DNA from: a bacterium
Lineage (GTDB): Bacteria > Patescibacteriota > Minisyncoccia > Moranbacterales > UBA2206
Reading direction: 5' to 3'
DNA length: 49,845 nucleotides
Assembly (NCBI GenBank): GCA_021777675.1
Contig: JAJYDG010000003.1
Coordinates: 1-49,845 of the forward strand
The position numbers and the translations under genes were made by a program. Positions 10,301-18,443 of this stretch are shown here, piece by piece. The notes under the pieces were generated by a model that had not been told where the DNA came from, ran no database searches, and worked only from the letters and a program-made list of their open reading frames with translations. Every line of letters begins with the position of its first letter. Position 1 is the first letter of the stretch.

Positions 10301-10364
10301 AGAAAGTGTTTTGAATAAGTTGACAAATTTCTTTGAGAGATTCTTTGATATTTCGCGAGGCTAG
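7320..10364 (+). CDS. hsdR: Type I restriction endonuclease subunit R (EcoR124-like)
   Basis: RYDVTVLVNGLPLVHIELK nuclease motif; WHTTGSGKT Walker A; DECHR; MFLTGFD; QAFSRTNR. Confidence 0.97.
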   Translation: MKYNLVAQNPESTVVAEYQRPIDRVRDGNAYQNEADLERAFVKQLETQAYEYLKITSENELVSNLRQQLEKLNNFSFSNTEWERFFISEIANSNQSIEEKTATIQEDITKILDRDDGTFKNIDFIDKKNIHNNSLQVINQYVTDEGQRVNRYDVTVLVNGLPLVHIELKRRGVAIQEAFNQINRYHRESFWAASGLFEYVQLFVISNGTHTKYYSNTTRSQHIKESNEGKTKKGKKTSTSFEFTSWWADATNRPIMDLIDFAKTFFAKHTLLNILTKYCVFTTDHLLLVMRPYQIVATERILNKIEISTNYKKLGTAEAGGYVWHTTGSGKTLTSFKTAQLVSKLSYVDKVLFVVDRKDLDYQTMREYDKFEKGAANSNTSTALLKKQLENSNARIIVTTIQKLDKFIGKNAKHAIFDGHIVIIFDECHRSQFGDMHASIVKAFKNYHLFGFTGTPIFAVNSSAGGRVDIKTTAQAFGEKLHTYTIVDAIADKNVLPFRIDYISTVHEAENVEDKKVPDIDREAVLAAPERLTNIVKYIREHFDQKTKRNSFYKIQERRMAGFNSIFAVSSIDVAKKYYLEFKKQLDGEPSDKQLKIATIFSFGVNDEDADSMLDENSEDTSGLDVNSRDFLESAISDYNQMFGTSYDTSSDKFQNYYKDVSERVKKREIDILIVVNMFLTGFDATTLNTLWVDKNLRLHGLLQAFSRTNRILNSVKTFGNIVCFRNLEKATNESIALFGDKEASGIVLLRTYGDYYNGYKDGDKEVWGYKSLIDELLKKFPVGERIVGEQNQKDFIKLYGAVLRMRNILTTFDEFAGQEILSPRDVQDYHSRYIDLYNEFRKSTEEEKENVNDDLVFEMELIKQVEINIDYILGLIKKYHEDHVKNKELLVDINKAIDSSVELRNKKDLINQFIASLDAHSVIDEDWQKFIKEKKIEELEEIIKNENLDREATYKFINNAFRDGNVATTGTAISKVLPPVSRFSPTGERTQKRESVLNKLTNFFERFFDISRG

Positions 10365-10421
10365 GGAATTTATATAATTTATTTATTTTCGCAAATTGAT
10401 TTTTAGTGTTATGATTAAGCT

Positions 10422-11471
10422 ATGCGAATCAAAATCAATAATAAAAAATATATCGTCAATTTTGGCGAAACTGTTTTGGATGTTTGCCGAAGAGAGGGGA
10501 TTCCGATTTCAACTCTTTGCGCATTTGAAGAACTGTTGCGCGGAGCGGTTTGCCGATTGTGTCTTGTAGAAACAAATAAAACCGATAGATTGGTAACCTC
10601 TTGCACAACTAAAGTTTGTGATGGATTGGAAGTGATTACGGAAAGTGAAAAAATTCAAAAAGCGCGTCGAATTAATTTGGAATTGCTTTGGGCTGACCAT
10701 GCCGGAAAATGTTCCACTTGCAAAAAAAATCGAATATGTGAATTGCAAAAACTGGCAGAAGAGTATAAAATTGAAAATTTCCATTTTGTACCGAGAAAGA
10801 GTGAAATGACAGATATGGAAGAACAAAAACTTTTATATGATAACTGGTCACGAGTGGTGGTGGAAAATGAAAATCCTTGTATTTCGCGTAATTCTGAATT
10901 GTGCATAGAATGTCGCCGATGTATTAATGTTTGTCCCGAGCGTAAATTCGGGTTTAACTATCGTGCCGGAGATGTTGTCGTGGGAACTCCATATGAAAAT
11001 GTGTTGGAGTGCAGTTTTTGTGGAGAATGTGTGCGAGCTTGTCCGACCGGAGCGCTGACAGATCAAAACAATTTTGTTAAGATTATTGAAGAATTGGATG
11101 ATTTAAAAAAATTTTCGGTGGCGGTAATGGATTTTGCAATGGAAGAAAAAATAGGAAAGCAAGTAGAAGATATTTCGTCGGAGAAAGATTTGGATAAATT
11201 ACTTTTTAATTTGGGCTTCGAAAAAATTATAAAGCTGACAAGAAAAGATCAAGGCGACGAAGACGAAATCATTAAAAATATCAAAACTGAATATGCTAAA
11301 AAAGAAAAAATTAATCCTGAAAACATTCGCACTTTTTTTATTTCAACTAAAATTTATAAAAAAGCTAAAAAAAACGAATATCTAAACTATGTATTGAGCG
11401 AACGGGAAATAGCAAGATTGGTACGAGATAAAAATAAAATTGTGGCGGGAAAGCTGAAAATTAAAACTTAA
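10422..11471 (+). CDS. Multi Fe-S protein resembling the N-terminus of [FeFe]-hydrogenase/NuoG, with a degenerate H-cluster domain
   Basis: 2Fe-2S (TLC...CRLC...TSC), His-ligated 4Fe-4S (H...CSTC.....C), 2x4Fe-4S (CIECRRCINVCP; CSFCGECVRACP); no Cys after about aa 207. Confidence 0.8.
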   Translation: MRIKINNKKYIVNFGETVLDVCRREGIPISTLCAFEELLRGAVCRLCLVETNKTDRLVTSCTTKVCDGLEVITESEKIQKARRINLELLWADHAGKCSTCKKNRICELQKLAEEYKIENFHFVPRKSEMTDMEEQKLLYDNWSRVVVENENPCISRNSELCIECRRCINVCPERKFGFNYRAGDVVVGTPYENVLECSFCGECVRACPTGALTDQNNFVKIIEELDDLKKFSVAVMDFAMEEKIGKQVEDISSEKDLDKLLFNLGFEKIIKLTRKDQGDEDEIIKNIKTEYAKKEKINPENIRTFFISTKIYKKAKKNEYLNYVLSEREIARLVRDKNKIVAGKLKIKT

Positions 11472-11584
11472 AATTGTGTTTAGCTATGTGGATAATTTTT
11501 TATTTTATCATGCAAGTTCTTGAAGATTCATGGAAAATATGCTATATTTATTTTGTAAGTTAGTGACAGTTGAATAATAATGAA

Positions 11585-11654
11585 ATTTCGCATAACCTGC
11601 AAATTTTGGCAATTATTCGACAATAAGTTCGCATAGCTGCACATTAAGTGAAAT
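11585..11654. other. Pair of dif/Xer-like sequences
   Basis: ATTTCGCATAA (11585-11595; reverse complement TTATGCGAAAT, XerD-arm-like); AGTTCGCATAG-CTGCACA-TTAAGTGAAAT (11626-11654) resembles dif GGTGCGCATAA-N6-TTATGTTAAAT. Confidence 0.35.
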
Positions 11655-11683
11655 ATTTTTCTAAAATTTTTTTCAGCTAAAAT

Positions 11684-12079
11684 ATGCAAAGCAAAACAAC
11701 AGAATTTTCATTTGTACTAAAAAATTCACATTACGGAATTGGCGTTTTTGCCGTTCATGATATTAAAGCTGGTACATATCTCAGGGTATTTGGTGATGAA
11801 GATAATGAGGGTGATGTTTCAATTGTTAGAAAAAAGGAAGATGTGCCAGAGTTTTTTAGATCTTATTGTGTGGACAGGGGTAATACTATGATGTGTCCTA
11901 AAGATTTTGGTTGCATGGAAGTCGGCTGGCATATTAATCATTCAAAAACGCCAAACACCCATCATCATAATTATGAATTTTTTGCTTTGAGAGATATCAA
12001 GGCAGGAGAGGAAATAACGATTGATTATAATACATTAGAAGAGTCCGATGAAGCTAAAGAAGAATTCTATAAGGAGTGA
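11684..12079 (+). CDS. SET-domain protein (putative lysine methyltransferase)
   Basis: GIGVFA..DIKAG; INHS..PN; ALRDIKAGEEITIDY. Confidence 0.9.
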   Translation: MQSKTTEFSFVLKNSHYGIGVFAVHDIKAGTYLRVFGDEDNEGDVSIVRKKEDVPEFFRSYCVDRGNTMMCPKDFGCMEVGWHINHSKTPNTHHHNYEFFALRDIKAGEEITIDYNTLEESDEAKEEFYKE

Positions 12080-12197
12080 AAAAAATTTGATTTTTAATTT
12101 ATTTATGAAGAGGTCTCAAGGTGTTTTTTTGCTCCTAAAATTGCAAAAAAGACGATTTTATTTTTATTTAAAAATTAATGAATAAAAACCAAGAAAA

Positions 12198-13469
12198 ATG
12201 TGCCATTCTGACTTAATTTTATTTATATTTTCTTTTTCTGTATTGCTCTTCGTAGCAATAGCTTTTGGTCGTCTGGCTCAAAAACTGGGGATGCCGAAAA
12301 TTATCGGGGAGCTATTGGGTGGAATTGTTTTCGGACCGACAGTATTGGGAACATTTTTCCCAGAAACTCAAAACTGGCTTTTTTCCTATTCTGATTCGAT
12401 TCTTGTTTCTAGGGATGTTTTGATAAAATTCAGCGCGATACTGCTTCTTTTCATAATTGGTCTGGAAGTTAATCTTTCTAAGGTCAAGGAACTCAAAAAA
12501 ACAATTATTTGGATAAGTCTTTTTGGTTCGGTCTTTCCATTCGTATTGGGCGTAGCTTCTGTTTTTCTTTTTCCGAGAGTTTGGAATTATGTTCCTTCTC
12601 AAAATGAATGGCTTTTGCCTTTATTTATCGGAACCGCCCTGTCCATTTCTGCACTGCCAGTCATTGCTAGAATTCTAATGGATTTGGGAATGCTTAAAAG
12701 CAAGGTCGGCTCAATTATCTTAGCTACCGCCACAATTGATGATATTGTAGGCTGGATTCTCTTTGCCCTTATTACCGCCTATTTTGTTCCATCAGGAGTC
12801 AGTCAGATAAATCCATTGATAACGGTAGCTATTGTTTTGGCGATGTTTTTCTTTGTCATTACTTATGGCAACGGATTGACCAAAAAATTTATCGCTTGGA
12901 GTGAGAAAAAAGAAGACGGAGACAATCTGTTTTTAGGATTGACGCTAGTCCTCGTTCTTGCTTTCTCCGCTCTGACAGAACGAATCGGTATCAACGCAGT
13001 TCTTGGAGCATTTCTCGTTGGTTTGGCGTTTTCAAACTGCGAATCGCACAAGATGCACGATTCTCTGCGTAAGGTGGTAATGTCTGTATTTTCTCCTTTG
13101 TATTTCGTTTCAGTCGGCTTGGGAGTGAATTTAATTAAAAATTTTGATATGACGCTGGCGTTGATTGTACTTGCGATTGCTATTATCGGTAAGGTTGGAG
13201 GAGTTTGGATGGGCGCAAAAATATCAAAATTAAGTGACAGGGAATCCTTGGCAGTAGGATTTGGAATGAATGCCAGGGGGGCAGTAGGAATTATTCTTGT
13301 TACTTCGGCTCATCAGGCAGGGATAATAGACGAGAGAGTTTATGTGGCTCTTTTGGTAATGGCTATAATAACCAGTCTAATTAGCGGCCCAATGATGAAA
13401 AAAATTCTTGAAAATTATTATGGCATAGCTGGAACAGAAGAAGAAAGAAGAAGAATACTAACATCGTAG
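12198..13469 (+). CDS. Cation/H+ antiporter (CPA2/Kef-type)
   Basis: About 12 TM segments; P.IIGELLGGIVFGP, SISALPVIARIL, ATIDD, GMNARG motifs. Confidence 0.9.
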   Translation: MCHSDLILFIFSFSVLLFVAIAFGRLAQKLGMPKIIGELLGGIVFGPTVLGTFFPETQNWLFSYSDSILVSRDVLIKFSAILLLFIIGLEVNLSKVKELKKTIIWISLFGSVFPFVLGVASVFLFPRVWNYVPSQNEWLLPLFIGTALSISALPVIARILMDLGMLKSKVGSIILATATIDDIVGWILFALITAYFVPSGVSQINPLITVAIVLAMFFFVITYGNGLTKKFIAWSEKKEDGDNLFLGLTLVLVLAFSALTERIGINAVLGAFLVGLAFSNCESHKMHDSLRKVVMSVFSPLYFVSVGLGVNLIKNFDMTLALIVLAIAIIGKVGGVWMGAKISKLSDRESLAVGFGMNARGAVGIILVTSAHQAGIIDERVYVALLVMAIITSLISGPMMKKILENYYGIAGTEEERRRILTS

Positions 13470-13529
13470 GAATGGGTAGTTTTTGATTTTGGGCATTCAC
13501 CCCCAACTCCTCTGCTTAAAATCAAAAAA

Positions 13530-13559
13530 ACTTTGAATATTCCTGAAGTTATGTGAAAT
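13530..13559 (+). other. dif/Xer-like sequence
   Basis: ACTTTGAATAT-TCCTGAAG-TTATGTGAAAT; right arm is 10/11 identical to the E. coli XerD arm TTATGTTAAAT. Confidence 0.35.
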
Positions 13560-13701
13560 AGCTGGAAGTTTTTTATTTTTTGAATATGTTGCCATCTTTT
13601 CAATCTTTTATGATGCATTTACAAACTGCCCAAAAAGATTTAGAATAGCTTTATGCTGTTTTTTTAGTTTATTTTAGCCACATCGTTATTCTTTTAATTT
13701 T

Positions 13702-13995
13702 ATGTCTTTTAAGAAATTATTAAAGCCAACAAAGGGAAAAATGCTTTTTTTTGTTGGACTGTTTATCATCTTGGGGCTGTTGAAAATATTCACCTTGCAA
13801 CATCTTTCCGGGGAAATCTATAAAATGTCTTTATTGGAGCAATATAAATTCCAATTTTTACACAGGAATGATAAATGGTATCGAAAAAGCGATCAGTCTT
13901 TTTGGTTGGGAATAATATTTTTGCATCTCATTGCGACCTATTTGATTATTTGCGTCTTGGCGTTTATTACTAATCGTCTAAGGGGAAAGGATTAA
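13702..13995 (+). CDS. Small hypothetical membrane protein (2 TM)
   Basis: 97-aa ORF with two hydrophobic segments. Confidence 0.55.
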   Translation: MSFKKLLKPTKGKMLFFVGLFIILGLLKIFTLQHLSGEIYKMSLLEQYKFQFLHRNDKWYRKSDQSFWLGIIFLHLIATYLIICVLAFITNRLRGKD

Positions 13996-14015
13996 AAGAT
14001 AAAAATAAAAAAAAG

Positions 14016-14086
14016 CGGGCTGTAGTATACCGGTAGTACGCGTCCATGGGGTGGATGTAGACCGAGTTCGATTCTCGGCAGCCCGA
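14016..14086 (+). tRNA. tRNA-Pro (GGG)
   Basis: Acceptor CGGGCTG/CAGCCCG, anticodon arm CGTCC-ATGGGGT-GGATG, T-loop GTTCGATTC; CCA not encoded. Confidence 0.93.
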
Positions 14087-14159
14087 CTGGCAGAGATAAA
14101 GCAGAAAATAACCCTAATACCAGCTAATAAAACCGCTTTTACTTAAGAGTGGATAATGT

Positions 14160-14984
14160 ATGGTCAATCGAATATATAAAAAAATTAAAAATGTTCTTTT
14201 CGCTGATCCACAGTTGCTTTTTCAAGAAGAAAAAGAATTAATCAAGCAAGCATTTTACTTTCCCGCCAAAAGTGAGCGCGCAATTTTGTTGATTCACGGT
14301 TGGACATCAACTTCCTATGAGGTGCGTCGATTAGGGAGATATCTCAATCAAAATGGTTATACCGTTTTAGCGCCAATGTTGCGCGGACATGGGACGACTA
14401 TGCGTGATTTGAGCGATGTGCATTGGAATATGTGGTTAGTGGACATTAGAAAAGAATATGAAAAACTAAAAAAAACACATAAAAAAGTTTTTATTGGGGG
14501 GACATCGATTGGCGCTAATCTTTCCGCTGTTCTTGCTGGCGAGGAAAAAGAAATAGCCGGTGTGGTGCTTATGGCAATGCCCTATAAAATAAAATTTGAG
14601 AAATTAGCTGTCGTTTTTGCCAGGATAATGCTTTTGTGCGGAAAAAAATATAATCATAAAATATATCCTCCGACATTTGGTCTCTCCACAACGATTACGC
14701 GGTTGATTTCTTATCAAACATATCCAATCAAGTCGGCGTTAGAGTCTTTTGAATTAATCAAGGAATCGCGAAAAAAATTGGGTGATATTACGCAACCCTG
14801 TTTGATTATTCAGTCAAAAGATGATCATATTGTAGCCAAGCAAAGTTTAGAGCTGATTTTTTCCAACATTAAATCTAAAATTAAGAAAAAGAAATATCTT
14901 ACTCAGGCTTATCATACTTTCATTTCAGATATTAAAAACGAACATGTTTTTCAGGATATTTTGCATTTTTTGGATGAAAATTAA
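14160..14984 (+). CDS. Alpha/beta hydrolase (carboxylesterase/monoacylglycerol lipase-like)
   Basis: LLIHGW oxyanion loop, LRGHG, GTSIG nucleophile elbow, catalytic D (SKDD) and H (AYH). Confidence 0.9.
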   Translation: MVNRIYKKIKNVLFADPQLLFQEEKELIKQAFYFPAKSERAILLIHGWTSTSYEVRRLGRYLNQNGYTVLAPMLRGHGTTMRDLSDVHWNMWLVDIRKEYEKLKKTHKKVFIGGTSIGANLSAVLAGEEKEIAGVVLMAMPYKIKFEKLAVVFARIMLLCGKKYNHKIYPPTFGLSTTITRLISYQTYPIKSALESFELIKESRKKLGDITQPCLIIQSKDDHIVAKQSLELIFSNIKSKIKKKKYLTQAYHTFISDIKNEHVFQDILHFLDEN

Positions 14985-14989
14985 AAAAT

Positions 14990-16135
14990 ATGAAAATCGC
15001 TATTTTCACTAACAATTATTTGCCCAATCCATATGGCGTTGCGGTTTCCGTGGAAACATTCCGGGAAGAATTGGAAAAGCGCGGTCATACTGTCTATATT
15101 TTTGCCCCCGAATGGAAAGGCTATGAGGATAAGAATCCTAATATTTTTCGTTATCCGTCAATTGATATTAAATTTAAATTTCGTTTTCCGTTGCCATTAC
15201 CATATTCATGGCGAATAAGTAAGATTCTAAAAAATCTCGAGATTGACATTATTCACGCTCAACATCCCAATCTTTTGGGTTTGACTGCGAAACATTGGTC
15301 TGGGAAAAAGAAAATCCCGCTAGTTTTCACGTGGCATACGCTCTATAATCATTATACTAATTTTGTTCCTTTTTTGCCAAAAAAATGGTTGGAAAAAAAG
15401 GTTGTCGCGCAAGCCGTGAAATATGCCAATCAAGCGAATGCGGTAATTGCTCCGACAGATTCGATTATTGCCATGCTTAGAAAGTGGGGCGTGAAACAAC
15501 AGATTTTTTCTATTGCGACTGGAATTAAAGAAACGGATTTTTCCGGCGTGAATGGAAAAGCAGTTCGCCAAAAATATCAAATAACTGATGATGAAATTGT
15601 TTTGCTTTTGATTTCGCGATTAACAGAAGAGAAAAATATTGAATTTGTTTTTCGCGCGTTAAAAGATATTTTGGCGCGGAATAAAAAAATTAAATTTTTA
15701 GTGGCAGGTAACGGCTATTTATTGCCAAAATTGAAAAATTTTTGCGAAGAAAATTCAATTTCTAAACAGGTTATTTTTTCCGGATTGATTTCTCGTTTAG
15801 AAATTAAAAATTATTATGCTTGCGCTGATATTTTTGTTTATGCTTCAAAATCGGAAACTCAAGGAATTATTCCTCTGGAGGCGATGTATTCCAAGCTGCC
15901 GATAGTGGCTATTTTCTCCACGGGAATCAGCAGTCTTATGCTTGATAGAGGCAATGGTTTTTTGGTACGCGATAATGAAGATGATTTTGCGCAAGCGGTT
16001 ATGAAATTAGTTGAAGATAAAAAAATGCGTGAAAAGTTTGGCGAGGTATCGGGAAAAATCGCACGCGAGAATTTTACGAGTGAAGTTTGCGCGGAAAAAA
16101 TGCTCGAGGTGTATGAAAAATGTTTGAAACATTAA
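14990..16135 (+). CDS. Glycosyltransferase family 4 (diacylglycerol glucosyltransferase-like)
   Basis: MKIAIFT..Y.P...GV..SV; HTLY; SRL..EKN; S.SETQG...LEAM. Confidence 0.9.
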   Translation: MKIAIFTNNYLPNPYGVAVSVETFREELEKRGHTVYIFAPEWKGYEDKNPNIFRYPSIDIKFKFRFPLPLPYSWRISKILKNLEIDIIHAQHPNLLGLTAKHWSGKKKIPLVFTWHTLYNHYTNFVPFLPKKWLEKKVVAQAVKYANQANAVIAPTDSIIAMLRKWGVKQQIFSIATGIKETDFSGVNGKAVRQKYQITDDEIVLLLISRLTEEKNIEFVFRALKDILARNKKIKFLVAGNGYLLPKLKNFCEENSISKQVIFSGLISRLEIKNYYACADIFVYASKSETQGIIPLEAMYSKLPIVAIFSTGISSLMLDRGNGFLVRDNEDDFAQAVMKLVEDKKMREKFGEVSGKIARENFTSEVCAEKMLEVYEKCLKH

Positions 16136-16178
16136 TTGTCGATGATTATACCTTTTTTAAAAAATGTTTATTAGCAAT

Positions 16179-18263
16179 TTATTCCAAATGCACATTCTTT
16201 GCGAATTTTTCCAAGGCTTTGGCGAGAAGCGGATATTTTTTTAGCTTGAAATCATTTTTTAAAATATTTTGGGCTTCTGTACGGGCGATTTTGATTAGTT
16301 TTAGGTTATTGAGATTTTCCATCGCGATGTCGGAAAGTCCTGATTGCGCCTTGCCCAAAAGTTGTCCCGGTCCACGCAAATTAAGATCTTCTTTTGCCAA
16401 TTCAAATCCATCCATGCTTTTTTCCAGTATCCTCAAGCGTTTTAATGAAACACTGTTTGTTGATTCGGTAAAAATAAAGCAATATGATTGATGTTCTCCG
16501 CGTCCAACGCGTCCGCGAAATTGATGAAGCTGGGAGAGCCCGAAACGATCGGCATTTTCAATAAGCATAATTGTGGCATTGGGAATGTCGATTCCAACTT
16601 CGATTACCGAGGTGGAAACCATTATTTGCGTTTTTTGTTCTTTGAATTCTCGCATCGCGACTTCTTTTTCCGTAGCTTTTAATTTTCCATGCAAAAGCCC
16701 GATTTTATAGCCAGGGAAAAGAGCGATCAATTTTTTATATTCCTCTGTTGCCGCTTTAATTTCGATTAATTTTTCCGATTCGTTTACCAGTGGAAAAATA
16801 ACAAAAACTTGGCGTCCGGCATCGATTTCCAAATGCATAAAATTATAGATCTGTTCTCGTTGGGATGGCAATATGATTTTAGTGATAATTGCCTTTCTGT
16901 TTTTAGGCATTTCATCGAGAACTGAGATGTCCAAACTGCCGAAAAAGGCGATTGCCAATGTGCGTGGAATCGGCGTGGCGGTCATTGTCAATAAGTGTGG
17001 AATATTTTTAGCATCTCCGTCTTTCAGACTATTGGCTTCTTGCAAGAGAGTAGCTCTTTGCTCTACACCAAAACGATGTTGCTCGTCGATAATTACAAGG
17101 GATAAGTTTTTAAACTTTATATTTTTTTGAATAATGGCATGCGTGCCAATGAGCAGATCAATTTCTCCGGAATGAATTTTTTCTAACATGGTTTTTCTAT
17201 CAATATTTTGGGAATTGATAATTTTATATGATCCGGTGAACAACGCGATATTGAAATTATTATTTTTAAATAATTCGCAAAAGCCGGAAAAATGTTGTTT
17301 GGCTAAAATTTCGGTTGGAGCAAGAATGGCCACTTGATGTTTTTTGGAAATTATTTCAAGCGCTGAAGCGGCCGCGACTATAGTTTTTCCCGATCCGACA
17401 TCGCCATTAAGCAAGCGATTCATCGGGCTGTTTTTTTTCAGATCGAACAATATTTCTTTTATTGCTCTGTGTTGGGCGCCGGTAAGCTGAAAGGGTAAAT
17501 TGTTGATAAAATTTTCTATTAAATTTTTGTCAGGCGCAAAGCTTTCAGCTTGCTTGGTTTTGCGATCATTTTTAATTTGTAGAGATTTAAGTTGCAACAA
17601 AAACATTTCACGAAAAGCGAAAGTTTTTTTGGCAATCAACAATTTTTCCGCGTTTTCGGGAAAATGAAGCTGTCTTAATGCGGAAAAAAAAGAATAAAGA
17701 TGTAATTTTTTACGCAATTCTATTGGCAGATAATCGGGAATTTGTTTTCCCGCTTCGAGCATATTTTTCATTTGCCAGCGAATCCATTTGGAAGTTATGC
17801 CTGGTGTTTCTGAATAAATTGGCACTAATCTGCCTGTATTGGTTTCTTCGCGCGAACTTTTTTCCCATGCGGGAGAGGATATTGTAAAATATTTTCCTTT
17901 TAATTCTAATTTTCCGGAAAGCCGAACGGAAGAATCTTTTGGCAAGTTCTCAATGATAAACGGTTGATTAAACCATGTAGCTTTTAGCAATGTGCCGTTT
18001 TCATCTTCGCAAATTATTTCTGCAATAGTTAATTTGCGCTTGAAAATGCGATTCAATTTTGCGCTATTCACCTTAACGCAAACGGTTACGACTTTGCCAA
18101 TATACTGTTCGGATAACGGAACAATTTTGGAAAAATCATCATAACGAAAAGGAAGATAAGTTAAAAAATCTTGAACGGTAAAAAGGCCGAGCTTTTCCAG
18201 CGCTTTAGCATATTTTGGCGTAATTCCGGGATTTTTCTTGAGAAAATTATTTGGTGAAAGCAT
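16179..18263 (-). CDS. recG: ATP-dependent DNA helicase RecG
   Basis: MNRLLNGDVGSGKT, IIDEQHRFGV, MTATPIPRTL, SQLHQFRGRVGRG. Confidence 0.97.
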   Translation of the reverse strand: MLSPNNFLKKNPGITPKYAKALEKLGLFTVQDFLTYLPFRYDDFSKIVPLSEQYIGKVVTVCVKVNSAKLNRIFKRKLTIAEIICEDENGTLLKATWFNQPFIIENLPKDSSVRLSGKLELKGKYFTISSPAWEKSSREETNTGRLVPIYSETPGITSKWIRWQMKNMLEAGKQIPDYLPIELRKKLHLYSFFSALRQLHFPENAEKLLIAKKTFAFREMFLLQLKSLQIKNDRKTKQAESFAPDKNLIENFINNLPFQLTGAQHRAIKEILFDLKKNSPMNRLLNGDVGSGKTIVAAASALEIISKKHQVAILAPTEILAKQHFSGFCELFKNNNFNIALFTGSYKIINSQNIDRKTMLEKIHSGEIDLLIGTHAIIQKNIKFKNLSLVIIDEQHRFGVEQRATLLQEANSLKDGDAKNIPHLLTMTATPIPRTLAIAFFGSLDISVLDEMPKNRKAIITKIILPSQREQIYNFMHLEIDAGRQVFVIFPLVNESEKLIEIKAATEEYKKLIALFPGYKIGLLHGKLKATEKEVAMREFKEQKTQIMVSTSVIEVGIDIPNATIMLIENADRFGLSQLHQFRGRVGRGEHQSYCFIFTESTNSVSLKRLRILEKSMDGFELAKEDLNLRGPGQLLGKAQSGLSDIAMENLNNLKLIKIARTEAQNILKNDFKLKKYPLLAKALEKFAKNVHLE

Positions 18264-18305
18264 CTAAGCTCAGTTATCTTGCAATCTTGTTTTGGTATAA
18301 AATTG

Positions 18306-18378
18306 TGTCCTCGGCAGGAATCGAACCTGCGACCTTCTGGACCGCAACCAGACGCTCTATCCACTGAGCTACGAAGAC
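18306..18378 (-). tRNA. tRNA-Arg (GCG)
   Basis: Reverse complement GTCTTCGTAGCTCAGTGGATAGAGCG-TCTGG-TTGCGGT-CCAGA-AGGTCGCAGGTTCGATTCCTGCCGAGGACA; anticodon GCG. Confidence 0.93.
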
Positions 18379-18443
18379 GGATAACCTATCTTTTTTAGCA
18401 TAGAGAGAATAAAAAAGCAATACTGATAATGTGTTAGTATATT

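Noticed and set aside
11487-11495. Perfect DnaA box (TGTGGATAA) in an intergenic region, suggesting oriC
   Set aside because: Single box with no cluster or nearby dnaA/dnaN; another copy lies inside a CDS (33722-33730), consistent with chance
11626-11654. dif-like site as the true chromosomal terminus
   Set aside because: Gene orientation and G-richness stay on the + strand on both sides and the spacer is 7 bp; kept only as a possible cassette site
12100-12160. Hairpin upstream of the cation/H+ antiporter as a Na+/Li+ riboswitch
   Set aside because: Only a simple A/T-rich stem (GTTTTTTTGC/GCAAAAAAGAC); no recognisable riboswitch consensus
14016-14086. tRNA-Pro as the integration site of the upstream island
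   Set aside because: No duplicated tRNA 3' end (att) and no integrase seen; the island lies on the 5' side of the tRNA
18161-18364. 67-aa minus-strand ORF
   Set aside because: Overlaps tRNA-Arg and the recG start; spurious
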